Part shown: positions 1 through 11,018 of the stretch, piece after piece
Layout: every line of letters begins with the position of its first letter
Position numbering within the stretch: the first letter of the stretch is position 1
DNA from: a virus
DNA: 64,000 nucleotides
Direction: 5' to 3' (one strand)
Virus record (IMG/VR): IMGVR_UViG_3300032050_000037
Coordinates: 32,001 to 96,000 of that record
The notes under the pieces: model-generated
The model's database searches: none
What the model was told of the DNA's origin: nothing
What the model saw: the letters and a program-made list of their open reading frames with translations, nothing else
Position numbers and translations under genes: made by a program

Positions 1-243
1 ATGCTTGAAATAAAGAAAACTGAAAACTCAAAAACAGAAGATGAAACATTAACAATTCTAACTACAGCATGTGGTATTGCAATTAAATCACAAGTACCAG
101 AATTGGTAGCAGATAGAGATAAATTAGAAGATGCACTAGATATGCCAACCATTAATCGCATTCTAGAAGTATGTGGTGGAATTAAACTTGACGACCCAAA
201 CCTTCTAGCGGCAGCGGTTCTGGCTGGGCAGAACTCGATTTAG
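1..243 (+). CDS. Tail assembly chaperone (gpG-like), 5'-truncated by window edge
   Basis: Directly upstream of tape measure; contains in-phase slippery heptamer C CCA AAC at 195-201. Confidence 0.8.
   Translation: MLEIKKTENSKTEDETLTILTTACGIAIKSQVPELVADRDKLEDALDMPTINRILEVCGGIKLDDPNLLAAAVLAGQNSI
195..201 (+). promoter_or_regulatory. -1 programmed ribosomal frameshift slippery site CCCAAAC
   Basis: X XXY YYZ pattern in the correct phase, at the canonical position before the tape measure gene. Confidence 0.75.
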
Positions 244-563
244 CCGCATTATTAGGAGAGGTTTTTCTTTTAGGTAATTGGAAAAACTACGAAGAACTAG
301 AAGAAAATCTTTCAATGCCAGAGTTAATACAAACATTTAAGGCAATGCAAAAAACTGAAGATGAAAAAAGAAGATTCTTAGCATCACTTCAAGGTGTTAA
401 CTTAAATGAAGAAGAACAAACAGAAGGTCCTACATTTGATGATATACGAAGAAAGGCCCTAGGAATAAATGCAAAAGGAGATGATATAGTGTCACTTCAA
501 GGTCAGTTTGCTTTAGAGGCTGGGTTCGGAATAGGAGCAGGTTTAGGATACTCTAAGGGGTAA
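195..563 (+). CDS. Tail assembly chaperone frameshift extension (gpT-like part of gpGT)
   Basis: The -1 frame is open from 195 (PKPSSGSGSGWAELDLAALLGEVFLLGNWKNYEELEENLSMPEL...) and runs into the 315..563 ORF. Confidence 0.75.
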   Translation, partial: PKPSSGSGSGWAELDLAALLGEVFLLGNWKNYEELEENLSMPELIQTFKAMQKTEDEKRRFLASLQGVNLNEEEQTEGPTFDDIRRKALGINAKGDDIVSLQGQFALEAGFGIGAGLGYSKG

Positions 564-573
564 ACTATAATAA

Positions 574-3500
574 ATGGCTGAAGAACAAATAGTAACACGA
601 ATAGTCGCCACGTCCGACTTTTCAAATCTTATTGTAGATCTCAATAAGGTATCTTCAGCCTTAACAAATCTTCAAACAAAATTAAACGCAACAAATAAAA
701 ACTTATCAGCACAAGTTGCTGTAATGAATCGTTCTTTTGCCGAGACACTTCGAAGCACTGGACAATTTTCTACACATTTTGTTAATTTAACATCTGATGT
801 AGATAAGTTTGGCTCTCAATTAGATAAGGGCCAAATTAAATTAAGACAGTTTTTTCAAGTATATCAAAGTCATTTAAAAACTAACGGCGGACTAATCAGG
901 CAATTAGCACAACAACAGGTGCAGCTACAGAACGCAGTACTCCAGCCATTAGGTAAAAATGCTGAAGGATTAATGCAATATAATGTGCATATTCCAACAG
1001 GACTTGATAAAGTAAAGAGTAAAACAGCATTAGCAAGACAAGAATTACAGATCATGAATCGTGTAGTTCAAGAAGGTGCTAATTCATTAATTAACTGGGG
1101 TAAAAATACACAGTGGGCAGGTCGTCAGTTAACAGTAGGCTTAACAATACCGTTAGCAGCATTTGGTAAAGCATCAGCAGATGCATTTAGAGCAGCAGAT
1201 CAAGAATTAACAAGATTAACTAAGGTATACGGCGGACTTGCTGCAACTTCAGCAGCAGAATTAGCAAAAGTAAGACAAGACGTAACAGCAACTGCAACTG
1301 AATTATCTAAAGCATATGGATCATCATTTAAAGAAACATTAGCTCTAGGTGCTGATATTGCTGCAACTGGTAAACAAGGAAATGAATTACTTGGATCTAT
1401 AAAAGAAACAACACGTCTTGCTGTACTTGGTGAAGTAGATCGTCAAGATGCAATGAAAGCAACTCTTGCAATTCAATCTGCATTTAAATCAAATACAGAT
1501 CAATTAGCAGAATCAATTAACTTTTTAAACGCAGTTGAAAACCAAACATCAACAACTCTTAATGACTTGGTAGAAGCAATTCCTAAAGCTGGTCCAATTA
1601 TTAAAGGACTTGGTGGAGACGTACAAGATCTTGCACTTTATCTTACAGCTATGCGTGAAGGTGGAATTAGCGCATCAGAAGGAGCTAACGCATTAAAGTC
1701 AGGCCTTGCTTCTTTAATTAATCCAACAAAAGTTGCAACAGAAATGTTTGCAGGATTTGGAATAGATTTAAAGGGTATAGTTCAAAAAAATGCAGGAGAC
1801 ACAACTAAAACTATATTGGCTTTACAGGCAGCATTAGATACATTAAATCCTTTACAAAAACAACAGGCTATTGAACAATTGTTTGGTAAATTCCAATTTT
1901 CAAGAATGAATGCTTTGTTTGAAAATCTTGGAAAACAAGGAAGTCAGACACTACAAGTAATGGATTTAATGAATGCAAGCGCTGCAGACCTGGCTAATAT
2001 TGCAGGTCGAGAATTAAGTATGGTTACAGAATCTGCTTCTGGTAAATACCGTAGAGCATTAGAAGGATTAAAAGCAGATCTAGCTGGCGTTGGCGAACAA
2101 TTTTTAACTATTAATACTCATTTAATTAATATGGTTGATGGAATTTTACAATTTGTTAATAAACTACCAGGACCAATTAAATCTATATTAAGTTTATTTG
2201 GCGGACTAACGGCTGTAGCTGGTCCACTTATTATGTTAACTGGTGTACTTGGAAACTTCTTTGGCTATATCATAAAAGGTGTATCACATTTTAGAGCACT
2301 ATTTAAAGGTGGAGAAGGATGGAGATTACTCACACCAGAAATATTAGCTGCTAATAAAGCAGGTGCACTTGCAGAAACAACATTCTATAGCGATGCAAAA
2401 GCTGCAGATATATTAAATCAAGCAATAACTAGACTATCTGCTTCATATACAAAACTTGCAGCGGATGCAAATAATGCAATTATAGCAACAAATCCAGGAG
2501 TATCAACAGTAGGCGGAACACCATTAGTATTAAGTAAACAAGAAAGAATTGCAAATCCAGCGCATCCTCTTATTGGTAAAATAGATGAAAGAGCTGCTGC
2601 TCATTCTAGGCCAAGAGGAAGAATGACAAAGTCTCAAAGAGACGCACAAACAATTCACTCTGTTACTCCTAATCCAATACTTGTTAATCAAAAAATAGGA
2701 CAGGCACCACAAATCTTTACATATCAAAATATGCCAGATATTCCTGGATTGACAACACAAGGTGGAGTATCAACAGGTATTGTTGCTGGAGAAGCAGCTA
2801 AGTGGCACTCATTAATGGCAGCTCTTTCTATGCAAACTAAGCAAGAAGTTGCAACATTAAAGAAAGAAATTTCAACAACAGGAACAGTAAGTCAAGAGTT
2901 TTTGACAAGCTATTCTACAATATTACCAGCAATGACTAGAGTAATAGATAATGCAGTACTTGAATCTCAAGCAATTGTAAGACAAACAATGGCTGGTAAA
3001 ATGCGTGTAGATCAAGCACAAGCAGAAATTATTCGTATCAATGCACAATTAGAACAAGCAATGATACAGACTACAACACAAACAGCACAGCAAATGGGTA
3101 GAACTGCAAACTTAACAGCAGTTCCATTACTAAATCAACCTATAGTTGATAAATCTGGTAAATCTAATTTAAGAGAATTGTTTAGATCAGGAAGACCAGT
3201 AAAACGAATGCTTGATGCAATTGCTAGAGCAACTGGTGTAAAGACTTGGGGTGGCGGATATTCTATAGAAACTACTAACCCAAAGAGAATGAATCGTGGA
3301 AGCATAGTTCCAGGAACAGGAAATACAGACAGCGTCCCAGCAGTTCTTACTCCTGGAGAGTTTGTTGTAAATAAAGAAGCTACTGCTGCTAACTTACCTT
3401 TATTGACTGCGATCAATGAGGGTTATGGAAAAGGCGGACCAAACTTTAATGATGGCGGACTATCTGATTTACAATCAGCACACTTAATGAGATCTTATCA

Positions 3501-6500
3501 ATTGTTAGAAGACCCAGCAATTCAAAAGGCATTAGTTGCAGCAGGACAAGATCCAAAGAGATTGACCAGCTTAACATTCCAAGGATTTGGTCAGGGAACA
3601 ACTGCAGCGATACCTAGAAATATAAATAATTTAATGGCTATGGCTTGGGATGGAAGTAGTGCAGAAAGATCAATCAGAATAGCAGAAAATATGAAGCTTC
3701 CAAGGCATTTACGTGGAGACATAATTCCACTTACAAATTCTGATGCACAAAGGGTGTCAAAATTCTATAAAGCAATAGGTATCCCTGCTGTTGCTTCTTT
3801 CTTTGACCGTAAAGATTATCAATCTGATTTAATAAAAAGAATTGCTGTTGCAAGCGCAAAAGCTAGAGGTGTTTCTTCAACAAAAGATTTTAATTTATTC
3901 TATCAAGAAGAATTAGCTAAAACCACAAAAGCATTTAATCAAGGAGCAACTCATCAAGCAATTACAAGAGGCTTAATTAATGAATTTATTGTTGATCCAA
4001 AAACTTCTGAATTCAGACCTGACGCATTAAAGAAAGCTTATGTAACAAATGTATCAAGACAAAGAGTAAGGGTTAGAACAGGACAATCTGTACCATACTC
4101 AATAAATAGAGGATCAGAAGAGTATTCAGCAAGACAAGCTGCAAGATATGGTGGAGGTAGATGGTCAAATCTATTACCTCTAACAACTAAATTATTTGGC
4201 GGAAGACTCAGAATGAATTCTGGAGGACTTGTTCCAGGATATCAAGACGGTGGACCAGTTAAACCTTCAATGCTTGGTGGTATTGGACAAAACTTAGGAT
4301 ATATGGGCGCCATGATGGGCGGAGCAACATTAGGTGGACAATTTGGTGGCACAATGGGATCAATTGCTGGTTCTATTCTTGCTCCTGCAGTATTCACATC
4401 ACTTACTCAAAAAATATCTGCAGTAAACAAACAAGGAATGGCCTCTGCAGGAATCTTTTCAAGATTAGGTCCAATAATATCAAATCCATATGTTATGGCT
4501 GGTGCGGCAGTAATTGGCGTAACCGCTGGATTAATGAAATTAAAATCAAGAGTAGAAGAATTTTCAAGAATAAATAGATTGGCATTTTCTGGCGGAGTAA
4601 AGCCAATTAAAGATTTTGATTCTGAATTAAAGCAGGTTATTAAAAATATTGAAGATACAAGAGCAACTGCAGAATTATTACATGCTCAAATGAATTCAGC
4701 TGGAATTTCTGGATTAACATTAACAATTAAACAATTTGCAGATTTAAGAGAAAAAGTTAAATCTACACATCCAGAACTTGTTAAGCTATTTAATCAAACA
4801 CCATCAGATAAATTAAGTCAAGTTGCTGAAGGATTAAAAGCTCAATTTGTTGCAGCAGGAGACTCAGCTGCAAAAGCAAATGCTAAAATTGCAGCATTGC
4901 TTGCAGAATCAGGTAAGGCTGGATTTATACAAGTAGTATTAGGCGGACAAGGTTTAGCTGGAATAACAGATGCAAAAACTGCTATAGATTCTATGCTCAA
5001 GTCTATGTCAAGGTTTAAAGACGCAAAAGATAGAGCAGCAGGAATGCTACAAATATTTACATCTATGGGAGACTATATTGGTAATGCTAAAGATAAATCA
5101 GCTGCATTAAAAGAACAATTCGATGCAATAGGAAAATCTAATCAGGCTAATGTTAAGTTAACAGAACAGCAAATAAATGAAATAGCTAAAACAAACCCTA
5201 TGCTTGCTGCAATATTAAGCACATCTGATGACATAGGAACAGCTTTGGCAAAATGGAGACTATCCCTTGCTGGAGTTCAAAGAGATTTAAATGGATTAAC
5301 AAATCAACAACTAAAAGATTTTGCAGCAGCATCAGAAGCAATAGGTGCTTATTATAATAAATTGCTTGATGTATCAAGTAAAGAAGCTCAAAGCAATATT
5401 ATGACTGGCAAACTTGCAAAAGATATTGATGCATTTAATAAAAAGCAACAATCTGCAGGTAAAATAACTGTACAAAATTTACAAGATCAAATTGATTTAA
5501 AAAATAAACAAATTGATCAAATTAAAAAAGAAGGCGAAGCAAGAAAGAAAGCCTTAAGAGACCAGCAACAAATTGAAGATGTTAAATTACAAATTCAACA
5601 AGAGCAATTAAATTATCAAATAGCTCTTGCTTCTGGAGACATGGCATCTGCTGCACAGGCTCAAATAAATATTCAAAGACTTGTAGGACAGCAACAATTA
5701 AAGGCAGCCGAAGATGCTATAGATGCAGCAGTACAGGCAAAGATAGATGCATTACAAGCTCAAATAGATGTATTAAATAAAAAATCAACAGCAGCATCAA
5801 ATGCTGCTGCAAATAATAAACCAAAAGAATCTCCATATGCTTCTACATATCAACAAATTCAGGGAGTATACAAAGAATTCTCATTAGGTAATATAGATGA
5901 AAAAGAAGCCATGAAGAGGCTTAATGATTTAATTAGACAGTTAGAGCAAACTCCAGGCGGAAAGAAGTACTTAGCAGATCTAGGTGTAACAGGATCAGCA
6001 GGAAACTTAGTTCGTGAAGATAGAGAAACTAGAAGAACAGATATTGATCCTAATACAACACAAGGCGCTGCTTTATTAAAAGCACTACAAAAAGGATCAG
6101 ATAACCTTGTTGTAAATGCAATTGGAAAATCAAATCAATATCTAAAAGATATTTTAGCTGCAATTAAAAATGAAGGAGTTAATCTAGATGCAGGAAAAAC
6201 AGCATCAGATAAATCATATGATTCTGTATCTGGAAAGACTGCAGCTGGTGGATTAAATACTACTGGTACAGCTAAGGTTTATGATGCTAAAACATTAAAT
6301 GCAGCAGCAGGAAAAGCATTTAATGATAGAAATTCAGCATCAGCAGCAGGCGTTGGTAAGTCATATAGGCTATTTAGTTTTGGCGGTAAAACCTATGCAG
6401 TAAGCACTGTTGACGGATTAATATATGAATTTGATACAAATAAAAATACAACTTCTAAGAGCAATGTTGGCGTAGCCACACTTGCATTAGGCGGAATGGT

Positions 6501-6873
6501 TAAGAGATATTCTTCTGCAGGATATGTATCTGGTCCAGGTACAGGAACATCCGATTCTATTCCAGCAATGCTTTCTAATGGTGAATATGTAATTAGAGCA
6601 GCAGCAGTTAAATCTATAGGAACCCCAACACTAGATAGAATTAATAAAATGGCAATGGGTGGCTTAGCAACAAAATACAATATTCCAAGAATGTCCATGG
6701 GTGGAAGAGTTAATATGAATCAAGCTGGATTAGCCTCTACATCTAATTCATTATATAATATTAATGTTACACTTAATGGAAGCAACCTATCGCCAGACGA
6801 TGTTGCAAAAGCAATTGAAGCTAGAATGAGAATGATTGAAACTAAAGAAGGAAGAAATAGGTTATTTGTATGA
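574..6873 (+). CDS. Tape measure protein (TP901-family core)
   Basis: 2099 aa, Ala/Gln/Leu-rich helical; two copies of the G.GT..DS.PA.L..GE.V motif typical of TMPs; follows tail chaperones. Confidence 0.93.
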   Translation: MAEEQIVTRIVATSDFSNLIVDLNKVSSALTNLQTKLNATNKNLSAQVAVMNRSFAETLRSTGQFSTHFVNLTSDVDKFGSQLDKGQIKLRQFFQVYQSHLKTNGGLIRQLAQQQVQLQNAVLQPLGKNAEGLMQYNVHIPTGLDKVKSKTALARQELQIMNRVVQEGANSLINWGKNTQWAGRQLTVGLTIPLAAFGKASADAFRAADQELTRLTKVYGGLAATSAAELAKVRQDVTATATELSKAYGSSFKETLALGADIAATGKQGNELLGSIKETTRLAVLGEVDRQDAMKATLAIQSAFKSNTDQLAESINFLNAVENQTSTTLNDLVEAIPKAGPIIKGLGGDVQDLALYLTAMREGGISASEGANALKSGLASLINPTKVATEMFAGFGIDLKGIVQKNAGDTTKTILALQAALDTLNPLQKQQAIEQLFGKFQFSRMNALFENLGKQGSQTLQVMDLMNASAADLANIAGRELSMVTESASGKYRRALEGLKADLAGVGEQFLTINTHLINMVDGILQFVNKLPGPIKSILSLFGGLTAVAGPLIMLTGVLGNFFGYIIKGVSHFRALFKGGEGWRLLTPEILAANKAGALAETTFYSDAKAADILNQAITRLSASYTKLAADANNAIIATNPGVSTVGGTPLVLSKQERIANPAHPLIGKIDERAAAHSRPRGRMTKSQRDAQTIHSVTPNPILVNQKIGQAPQIFTYQNMPDIPGLTTQGGVSTGIVAGEAAKWHSLMAALSMQTKQEVATLKKEISTTGTVSQEFLTSYSTILPAMTRVIDNAVLESQAIVRQTMAGKMRVDQAQAEIIRINAQLEQAMIQTTTQTAQQMGRTANLTAVPLLNQPIVDKSGKSNLRELFRSGRPVKRMLDAIARATGVKTWGGGYSIETTNPKRMNRGSIVPGTGNTDSVPAVLTPGEFVVNKEATAANLPLLTAINEGYGKGGPNFNDGGLSDLQSAHLMRSYQLLEDPAIQKALVAAGQDPKRLTSLTFQGFGQGTTAAIPRNINNLMAMAWDGSSAERSIRIAENMKLPRHLRGDIIPLTNSDAQRVSKFYKAIGIPAVASFFDRKDYQSDLIKRIAVASAKARGVSSTKDFNLFYQEELAKTTKAFNQGATHQAITRGLINEFIVDPKTSEFRPDALKKAYVTNVSRQRVRVRTGQSVPYSINRGSEEYSARQAARYGGGRWSNLLPLTTKLFGGRLRMNSGGLVPGYQDGGPVKPSMLGGIGQNLGYMGAMMGGATLGGQFGGTMGSIAGSILAPAVFTSLTQKISAVNKQGMASAGIFSRLGPIISNPYVMAGAAVIGVTAGLMKLKSRVEEFSRINRLAFSGGVKPIKDFDSELKQVIKNIEDTRATAELLHAQMNSAGISGLTLTIKQFADLREKVKSTHPELVKLFNQTPSDKLSQVAEGLKAQFVAAGDSAAKANAKIAALLAESGKAGFIQVVLGGQGLAGITDAKTAIDSMLKSMSRFKDAKDRAAGMLQIFTSMGDYIGNAKDKSAALKEQFDAIGKSNQANVKLTEQQINEIAKTNPMLAAILSTSDDIGTALAKWRLSLAGVQRDLNGLTNQQLKDFAAASEAIGAYYNKLLDVSSKEAQSNIMTGKLAKDIDAFNKKQQSAGKITVQNLQDQIDLKNKQIDQIKKEGEARKKALRDQQQIEDVKLQIQQEQLNYQIALASGDMASAAQAQINIQRLVGQQQLKAAEDAIDAAVQAKIDALQAQIDVLNKKSTAASNAAANNKPKESPYASTYQQIQGVYKEFSLGNIDEKEAMKRLNDLIRQLEQTPGGKKYLADLGVTGSAGNLVREDRETRRTDIDPNTTQGAALLKALQKGSDNLVVNAIGKSNQYLKDILAAIKNEGVNLDAGKTASDKSYDSVSGKTAAGGLNTTGTAKVYDAKTLNAAAGKAFNDRNSASAAGVGKSYRLFSFGGKTYAVSTVDGLIYEFDTNKNTTSKSNVGVATLALGGMVKRYSSAGYVSGPGTGTSDSIPAMLSNGEYVIRAAAVKSIGTPTLDRINKMAMGGLATKYNIPRMSMGGRVNMNQAGLASTSNSLYNINVTLNGSNLSPDDVAKAIEARMRMIETKEGRNRLFV

Positions 6874-7343
6874 GCGCATTAATTGTTCCAAGAGGATCTA
6901 TTCTTCAAATACAAGGTTACGATTCAACCACTAATGGCGGCGATGGCACATTAAAATATAATAAAGTAACAGAACATAATAGATCCCAGTTTGATATCAC
7001 TCCAGAAAGAATAGAAAAACAAACAAGAATGGGAAATGGTACATTAAGAAAATACTTCGTTGCAGATAAAAAAACTTTTAATTTATCATGGGATATGTTG
7101 CCATCATACAGAACATTAACTGTAGATGGAGCCTGGGGAGCAGAAGACTTAAGGACATTCTATAATAGCACAGAAGGAAAATCTTCTTTTAATATTAGGA
7201 TAAATTTTGCAAAAGATGGAACAAATCAGGAATCAGTTAATTACGAACAATACAGTGTAATGTTTGGAGAATGTAATTTTATCGTACTAAAAAGAGGCCT
7301 ACAGCCATTTTGGAACGTTTCCTTAACAATGGTAGAGGTTTAA
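6870..7343 (+). CDS. Distal tail / minor tail protein
   Basis: 157 aa overlapping TMP stop (ATGA); ends in the Dit-like motif WNVSLTMVEV. Confidence 0.65.
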   Translation: MSALIVPRGSILQIQGYDSTTNGGDGTLKYNKVTEHNRSQFDITPERIEKQTRMGNGTLRKYFVADKKTFNLSWDMLPSYRTLTVDGAWGAEDLRTFYNSTEGKSSFNIRINFAKDGTNQESVNYEQYSVMFGECNFIVLKRGLQPFWNVSLTMVEV

Positions 7344-7344
7344 C

Positions 7345-9339
7345 ATGATAACTTCTTCTACTGCATTAAAAAATATATTTTATAATAAAGCCAGCGTTAT
7401 TATTAAATCTGGGTGTTATATTGAATATAATATGAATACTATGTTAGATGGAATATCTGTTACAAATAATATATCAGACTCTTTATATACTTCACAAATT
7501 GTTAACGCAGCAGATCAACAGGTATGGCCAGCAAGTAGACCAAATCCATATAAAAAATTATTTCCTGTAGACTCTATAGTAAAACCATTTAGACCAGAAA
7601 ATTCAGGAATTAAATATTTTATATTAGAAAAAGTTAGCAACGGATCTGGAACAGATGTTCCTAAAAATAGTTTTTCTTCATATAGATCAGTCAGCTATCC
7701 AGAAAGCCAGCCAAGAATATATTATCCAGGAGCAAGCACCTATTATAAATATTGGGTTACTCCACAAAATACTGGAGTAGATGTAACAGTTAATTATTTA
7801 ACATCTGGTACAAAATTTGCCCTAACAAATAAAATAGTTATTAAATTTGAAAAGACACATAGCTTGCCATCTTCATATACAATTAAAATAACTAAATCAG
7901 ATAATACTCAAGAAACAATTGCAAGTTCTTTATCTACCCCAGCAAATGGAATAGTAAATTTATACTATAATGGAACTACATGGTCAGCAAATCAATTATC
8001 AGAACCATATTCATTTGCTAACCCAGTATCTATAAAATCAATTAATATCACAACGCCAAGCGCAGGAACAGATAGAATTATTGGTCTTATTGAAATTTCT
8101 GCAAGATGGGTAAAAGATATATCTGACGATGTTGAGTCATTTGATATAAGCAAAGAGGCATCATCAAGCTCAGAAGATTTATTGCCAGTTGGCAAGGTAA
8201 CATCAAATAATATATCTTTAAATTTAATTAAATACAATCAAACATCTTTGCAATATGCTTCCTACAATAGATCTGTTGCCTTAAATTCTTCTTTAACTTA
8301 TATGGTAAAGAATGCAAAATTAACTCCTTATTTTAAAATATATCATGCTGACGGAGCAATAACTGAAGGTTTAGAAAAATATGACAAAATATATCAAGGT
8401 CAATTTTATGTAGATGAATGGAATATCGGTGCATATGGAGAGGTTTCTGTTAATGCATTAGATTCGGCAAAGTATTTAATGGAAGTGATATGCCCAGATG
8501 TTCTATGTGAATTTTACCCAGCTACAGCAGTAATACGTAGACTTTTAGATTCTGTAGGATATACAAATTATAAATTTAATCTTACATCAGAAACAGACTC
8601 TTCTGTTCCCTTAATTAATTATTTTTGGACAGATGGATCAAAAACAGTCTGGGAGTATATCCAGGAAATATGTAGAGATATACAAATGAATGCTATTGTT
8701 GATGAAAATGATATTTTACAATTTTATAGCAGAAATTACATGTATGGTCGTACAACAAAAGATTGGAATTTTTATTACGAAGCAGAATCTAGTATTTTGC
8801 CAAACATAGTTGATTTTTCACAAAAAGAAATAGCCTCTGCAAATCAAGTTAAAGTAATTTGGTCTACTCCAACATCTACTTCATATTTAGGAACATCTGG
8901 ACCTCTTTGGCAATCACCTACTAAATTTTTAGTAGCAGGAGGACTTCTGGAACCTCTAAGCGCTTCTGGTAATCAATATCTAGCAATTAAATTTGAAACA
9001 TTAGATAAGTATAGTAAATTTCAATCAGGATTTAATTTTAATGGATACTTTTTAGTAGATTCTGAAATAATTGAGTATGATGCAATGGGATATCAATATG
9101 TTCCAAAAGATTCAAACGACTTAACATTTATTAACATATGGATTGAAAATGCTGCTGATTTAAATAAATATACAAATTTTGCAAAACCTGGATCAGAAAA
9201 TATAGCGTCGGATATTTATATTAAACCAAATGGTAGATATAGAATTAAAACTAGAGGAGCTTTAGGTACTACAGCCGCAGCACATAATTCTAGTGGTGTT
9301 CCATCAACTCAGTATGCATGGACAGGAGTTTTATTATAA
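7345..9339 (+). CDS. Minor tail / tail-tip hub protein, N-terminal part
   Basis: 664 aa beta-rich; second gene after TMP. Confidence 0.6.
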   Translation: MITSSTALKNIFYNKASVIIKSGCYIEYNMNTMLDGISVTNNISDSLYTSQIVNAADQQVWPASRPNPYKKLFPVDSIVKPFRPENSGIKYFILEKVSNGSGTDVPKNSFSSYRSVSYPESQPRIYYPGASTYYKYWVTPQNTGVDVTVNYLTSGTKFALTNKIVIKFEKTHSLPSSYTIKITKSDNTQETIASSLSTPANGIVNLYYNGTTWSANQLSEPYSFANPVSIKSINITTPSAGTDRIIGLIEISARWVKDISDDVESFDISKEASSSSEDLLPVGKVTSNNISLNLIKYNQTSLQYASYNRSVALNSSLTYMVKNAKLTPYFKIYHADGAITEGLEKYDKIYQGQFYVDEWNIGAYGEVSVNALDSAKYLMEVICPDVLCEFYPATAVIRRLLDSVGYTNYKFNLTSETDSSVPLINYFWTDGSKTVWEYIQEICRDIQMNAIVDENDILQFYSRNYMYGRTTKDWNFYYEAESSILPNIVDFSQKEIASANQVKVIWSTPTSTSYLGTSGPLWQSPTKFLVAGGLLEPLSASGNQYLAIKFETLDKYSKFQSGFNFNGYFLVDSEIIEYDAMGYQYVPKDSNDLTFINIWIENAADLNKYTNFAKPGSENIASDIYIKPNGRYRIKTRGALGTTAAAHNSSGVPSTQYAWTGVLL

Positions 9340-10994
9340 TGAGTACGTATACAGCAATACTTGATTTAGTTATAAATCCATCTGAAAATGGAGCAGTTAT
9401 TACTGCAGAAACATATCCAGGTTTAAGCGATCCTACTAATTATAATGTTCTTATTATTAGAGAATTTGATCAATATGAAACGACAATACAAAATTTTGAT
9501 ACACAATCTCAACCAATTACAATAAGTAATTTATTAAGTGGAACTTCTTATAAAGCAGTTGTTATACCATCTTTAAATGGAGTGTTTGATCCAAGAGGTC
9601 GTTGGGAAAAAAGATTTAGCACTTTAACAAATTATGGAGGACAAACGGTTTCTCCAACAAGGCAAGATTTTAAAGTCAGCAAATCTTATTTACAACTAGC
9701 AGTAACCGAAACTCAATATGCAAAAAAACAATCTGCTTTATTTTATAGAGATTTTGATTCAATAGAGGTACCTACAGTTAAAACAGTATCTTCTGTTAAT
9801 GGAAACTCATATAATACTGGATACTTTTCTTTTGGAACTAGTATATTAATGGATAATATTTTAGATAATACCAAACAGTCTGGTGGGATAGGATTCTTTT
9901 TAAATAGCTCTGGAACTAGTGGCTATTACTTAATTTTAGAATCAACTACTTCAGCTTCAGCTGTATTAGATAAAAAATCAGTAAGAATAGAAAAATGGGT
10001 TGGAAGCAATAAAATTCCATTAAAAGAAATAGGTACAAGAACTGAATCTACTATAGAGGGTATTTATGGAGGAAGAACATATAATATTGATATTAAAGTT
10101 AAGATTGATAATCAAACAGTATTTATTGATGCTTTTATAAATGGCTACAGAATATCAGCCACAGATACAACATATAAAATTAATAATGCTGTTCAAGTTA
10201 AATCTGTTATTTTAGCACCAAGTAAAAAAATTGGATTAGTCTGTTCAAGAGGTCAAGTTGCATTTGATTATGCATATGCAAATACTTTAAAAGATTATCA
10301 ATATGATGACAGATTTTTAGAATTAAATATATATCAAGGACAATTTAGTAATGATTTAATAAATACTTCATACGGAGATTTATCTTACATGGCAAATTAC
10401 GGAGAAGATGAGATTGCTTCAGGTAATAAAAGGGCTACTGCTGTTGATGAGTTTGGAACCGTAATAAGAGAAATTGTAAAAACAGATGTTTCTTTTTCTA
10501 AGAGACCATCATATCCAGTAAAATGGAGTACAGGAATAAATCCTTTTGCTAAAATACTTGGGCAAAAAGTTTCTAACTTTGGATCTCAAGCATTTGTTAT
10601 GAATAATACATCTACCACTATTCCTTTATCAAACGGGGCTGAAGCGGCATTTGTTTTATGGGGTAATGATCTAGGAGACTCTGGAGAACTAATATATAGT
10701 ACAGATGAACTAAATGATTATGTTACAAAAGAACCAGTTACATTTAAATCATTTTGGTTACAAAATGAGGCAGATGTAAAGTCTTTAGCAAATTGGATTA
10801 AAAACAATGTTATTAACAGAGGTAAAATAGTTAATATGAAAATATTTGGAAACCCTTTAATTTCTGTAGGAGACATTGTTTCAATTAAATATACTTATCA
10901 AGGACTAGCAGGAACAGAAAGCTTCATTGTTACAGAGGTAAAGCATAGATATTCTGAAGGATTGGAGACGGAGTTATCCTGTAGAACTTTATAG
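9339..10994 (+). CDS. Minor tail / tail-tip hub protein, C-terminal part, with N-terminal FN3-like domain
   Basis: TAATG coupling favours start at 9339 (track 9318); ITISNLLSGTSY is FN3-like; C-terminal FGNPLISVGDIV is hub-type. Confidence 0.6.
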   Translation: MSTYTAILDLVINPSENGAVITAETYPGLSDPTNYNVLIIREFDQYETTIQNFDTQSQPITISNLLSGTSYKAVVIPSLNGVFDPRGRWEKRFSTLTNYGGQTVSPTRQDFKVSKSYLQLAVTETQYAKKQSALFYRDFDSIEVPTVKTVSSVNGNSYNTGYFSFGTSILMDNILDNTKQSGGIGFFLNSSGTSGYYLILESTTSASAVLDKKSVRIEKWVGSNKIPLKEIGTRTESTIEGIYGGRTYNIDIKVKIDNQTVFIDAFINGYRISATDTTYKINNAVQVKSVILAPSKKIGLVCSRGQVAFDYAYANTLKDYQYDDRFLELNIYQGQFSNDLINTSYGDLSYMANYGEDEIASGNKRATAVDEFGTVIREIVKTDVSFSKRPSYPVKWSTGINPFAKILGQKVSNFGSQAFVMNNTSTTIPLSNGAEAAFVLWGNDLGDSGELIYSTDELNDYVTKEPVTFKSFWLQNEADVKSLANWIKNNVINRGKIVNMKIFGNPLISVGDIVSIKYTYQGLAGTESFIVTEVKHRYSEGLETELSCRTL

Positions 10995-11002
10995 TTTTAA
11001 AA

Positions 11003-11011
11003 TGGTATAAT
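11003..11011 (+). promoter_or_regulatory. Extended -10 promoter TGGTATAAT, likely leaderless transcript
   Basis: 7 nt before ATG 11019, no Shine-Dalgarno. Confidence 0.55.
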
Positions 11012-11018
11012 AAAAAAT

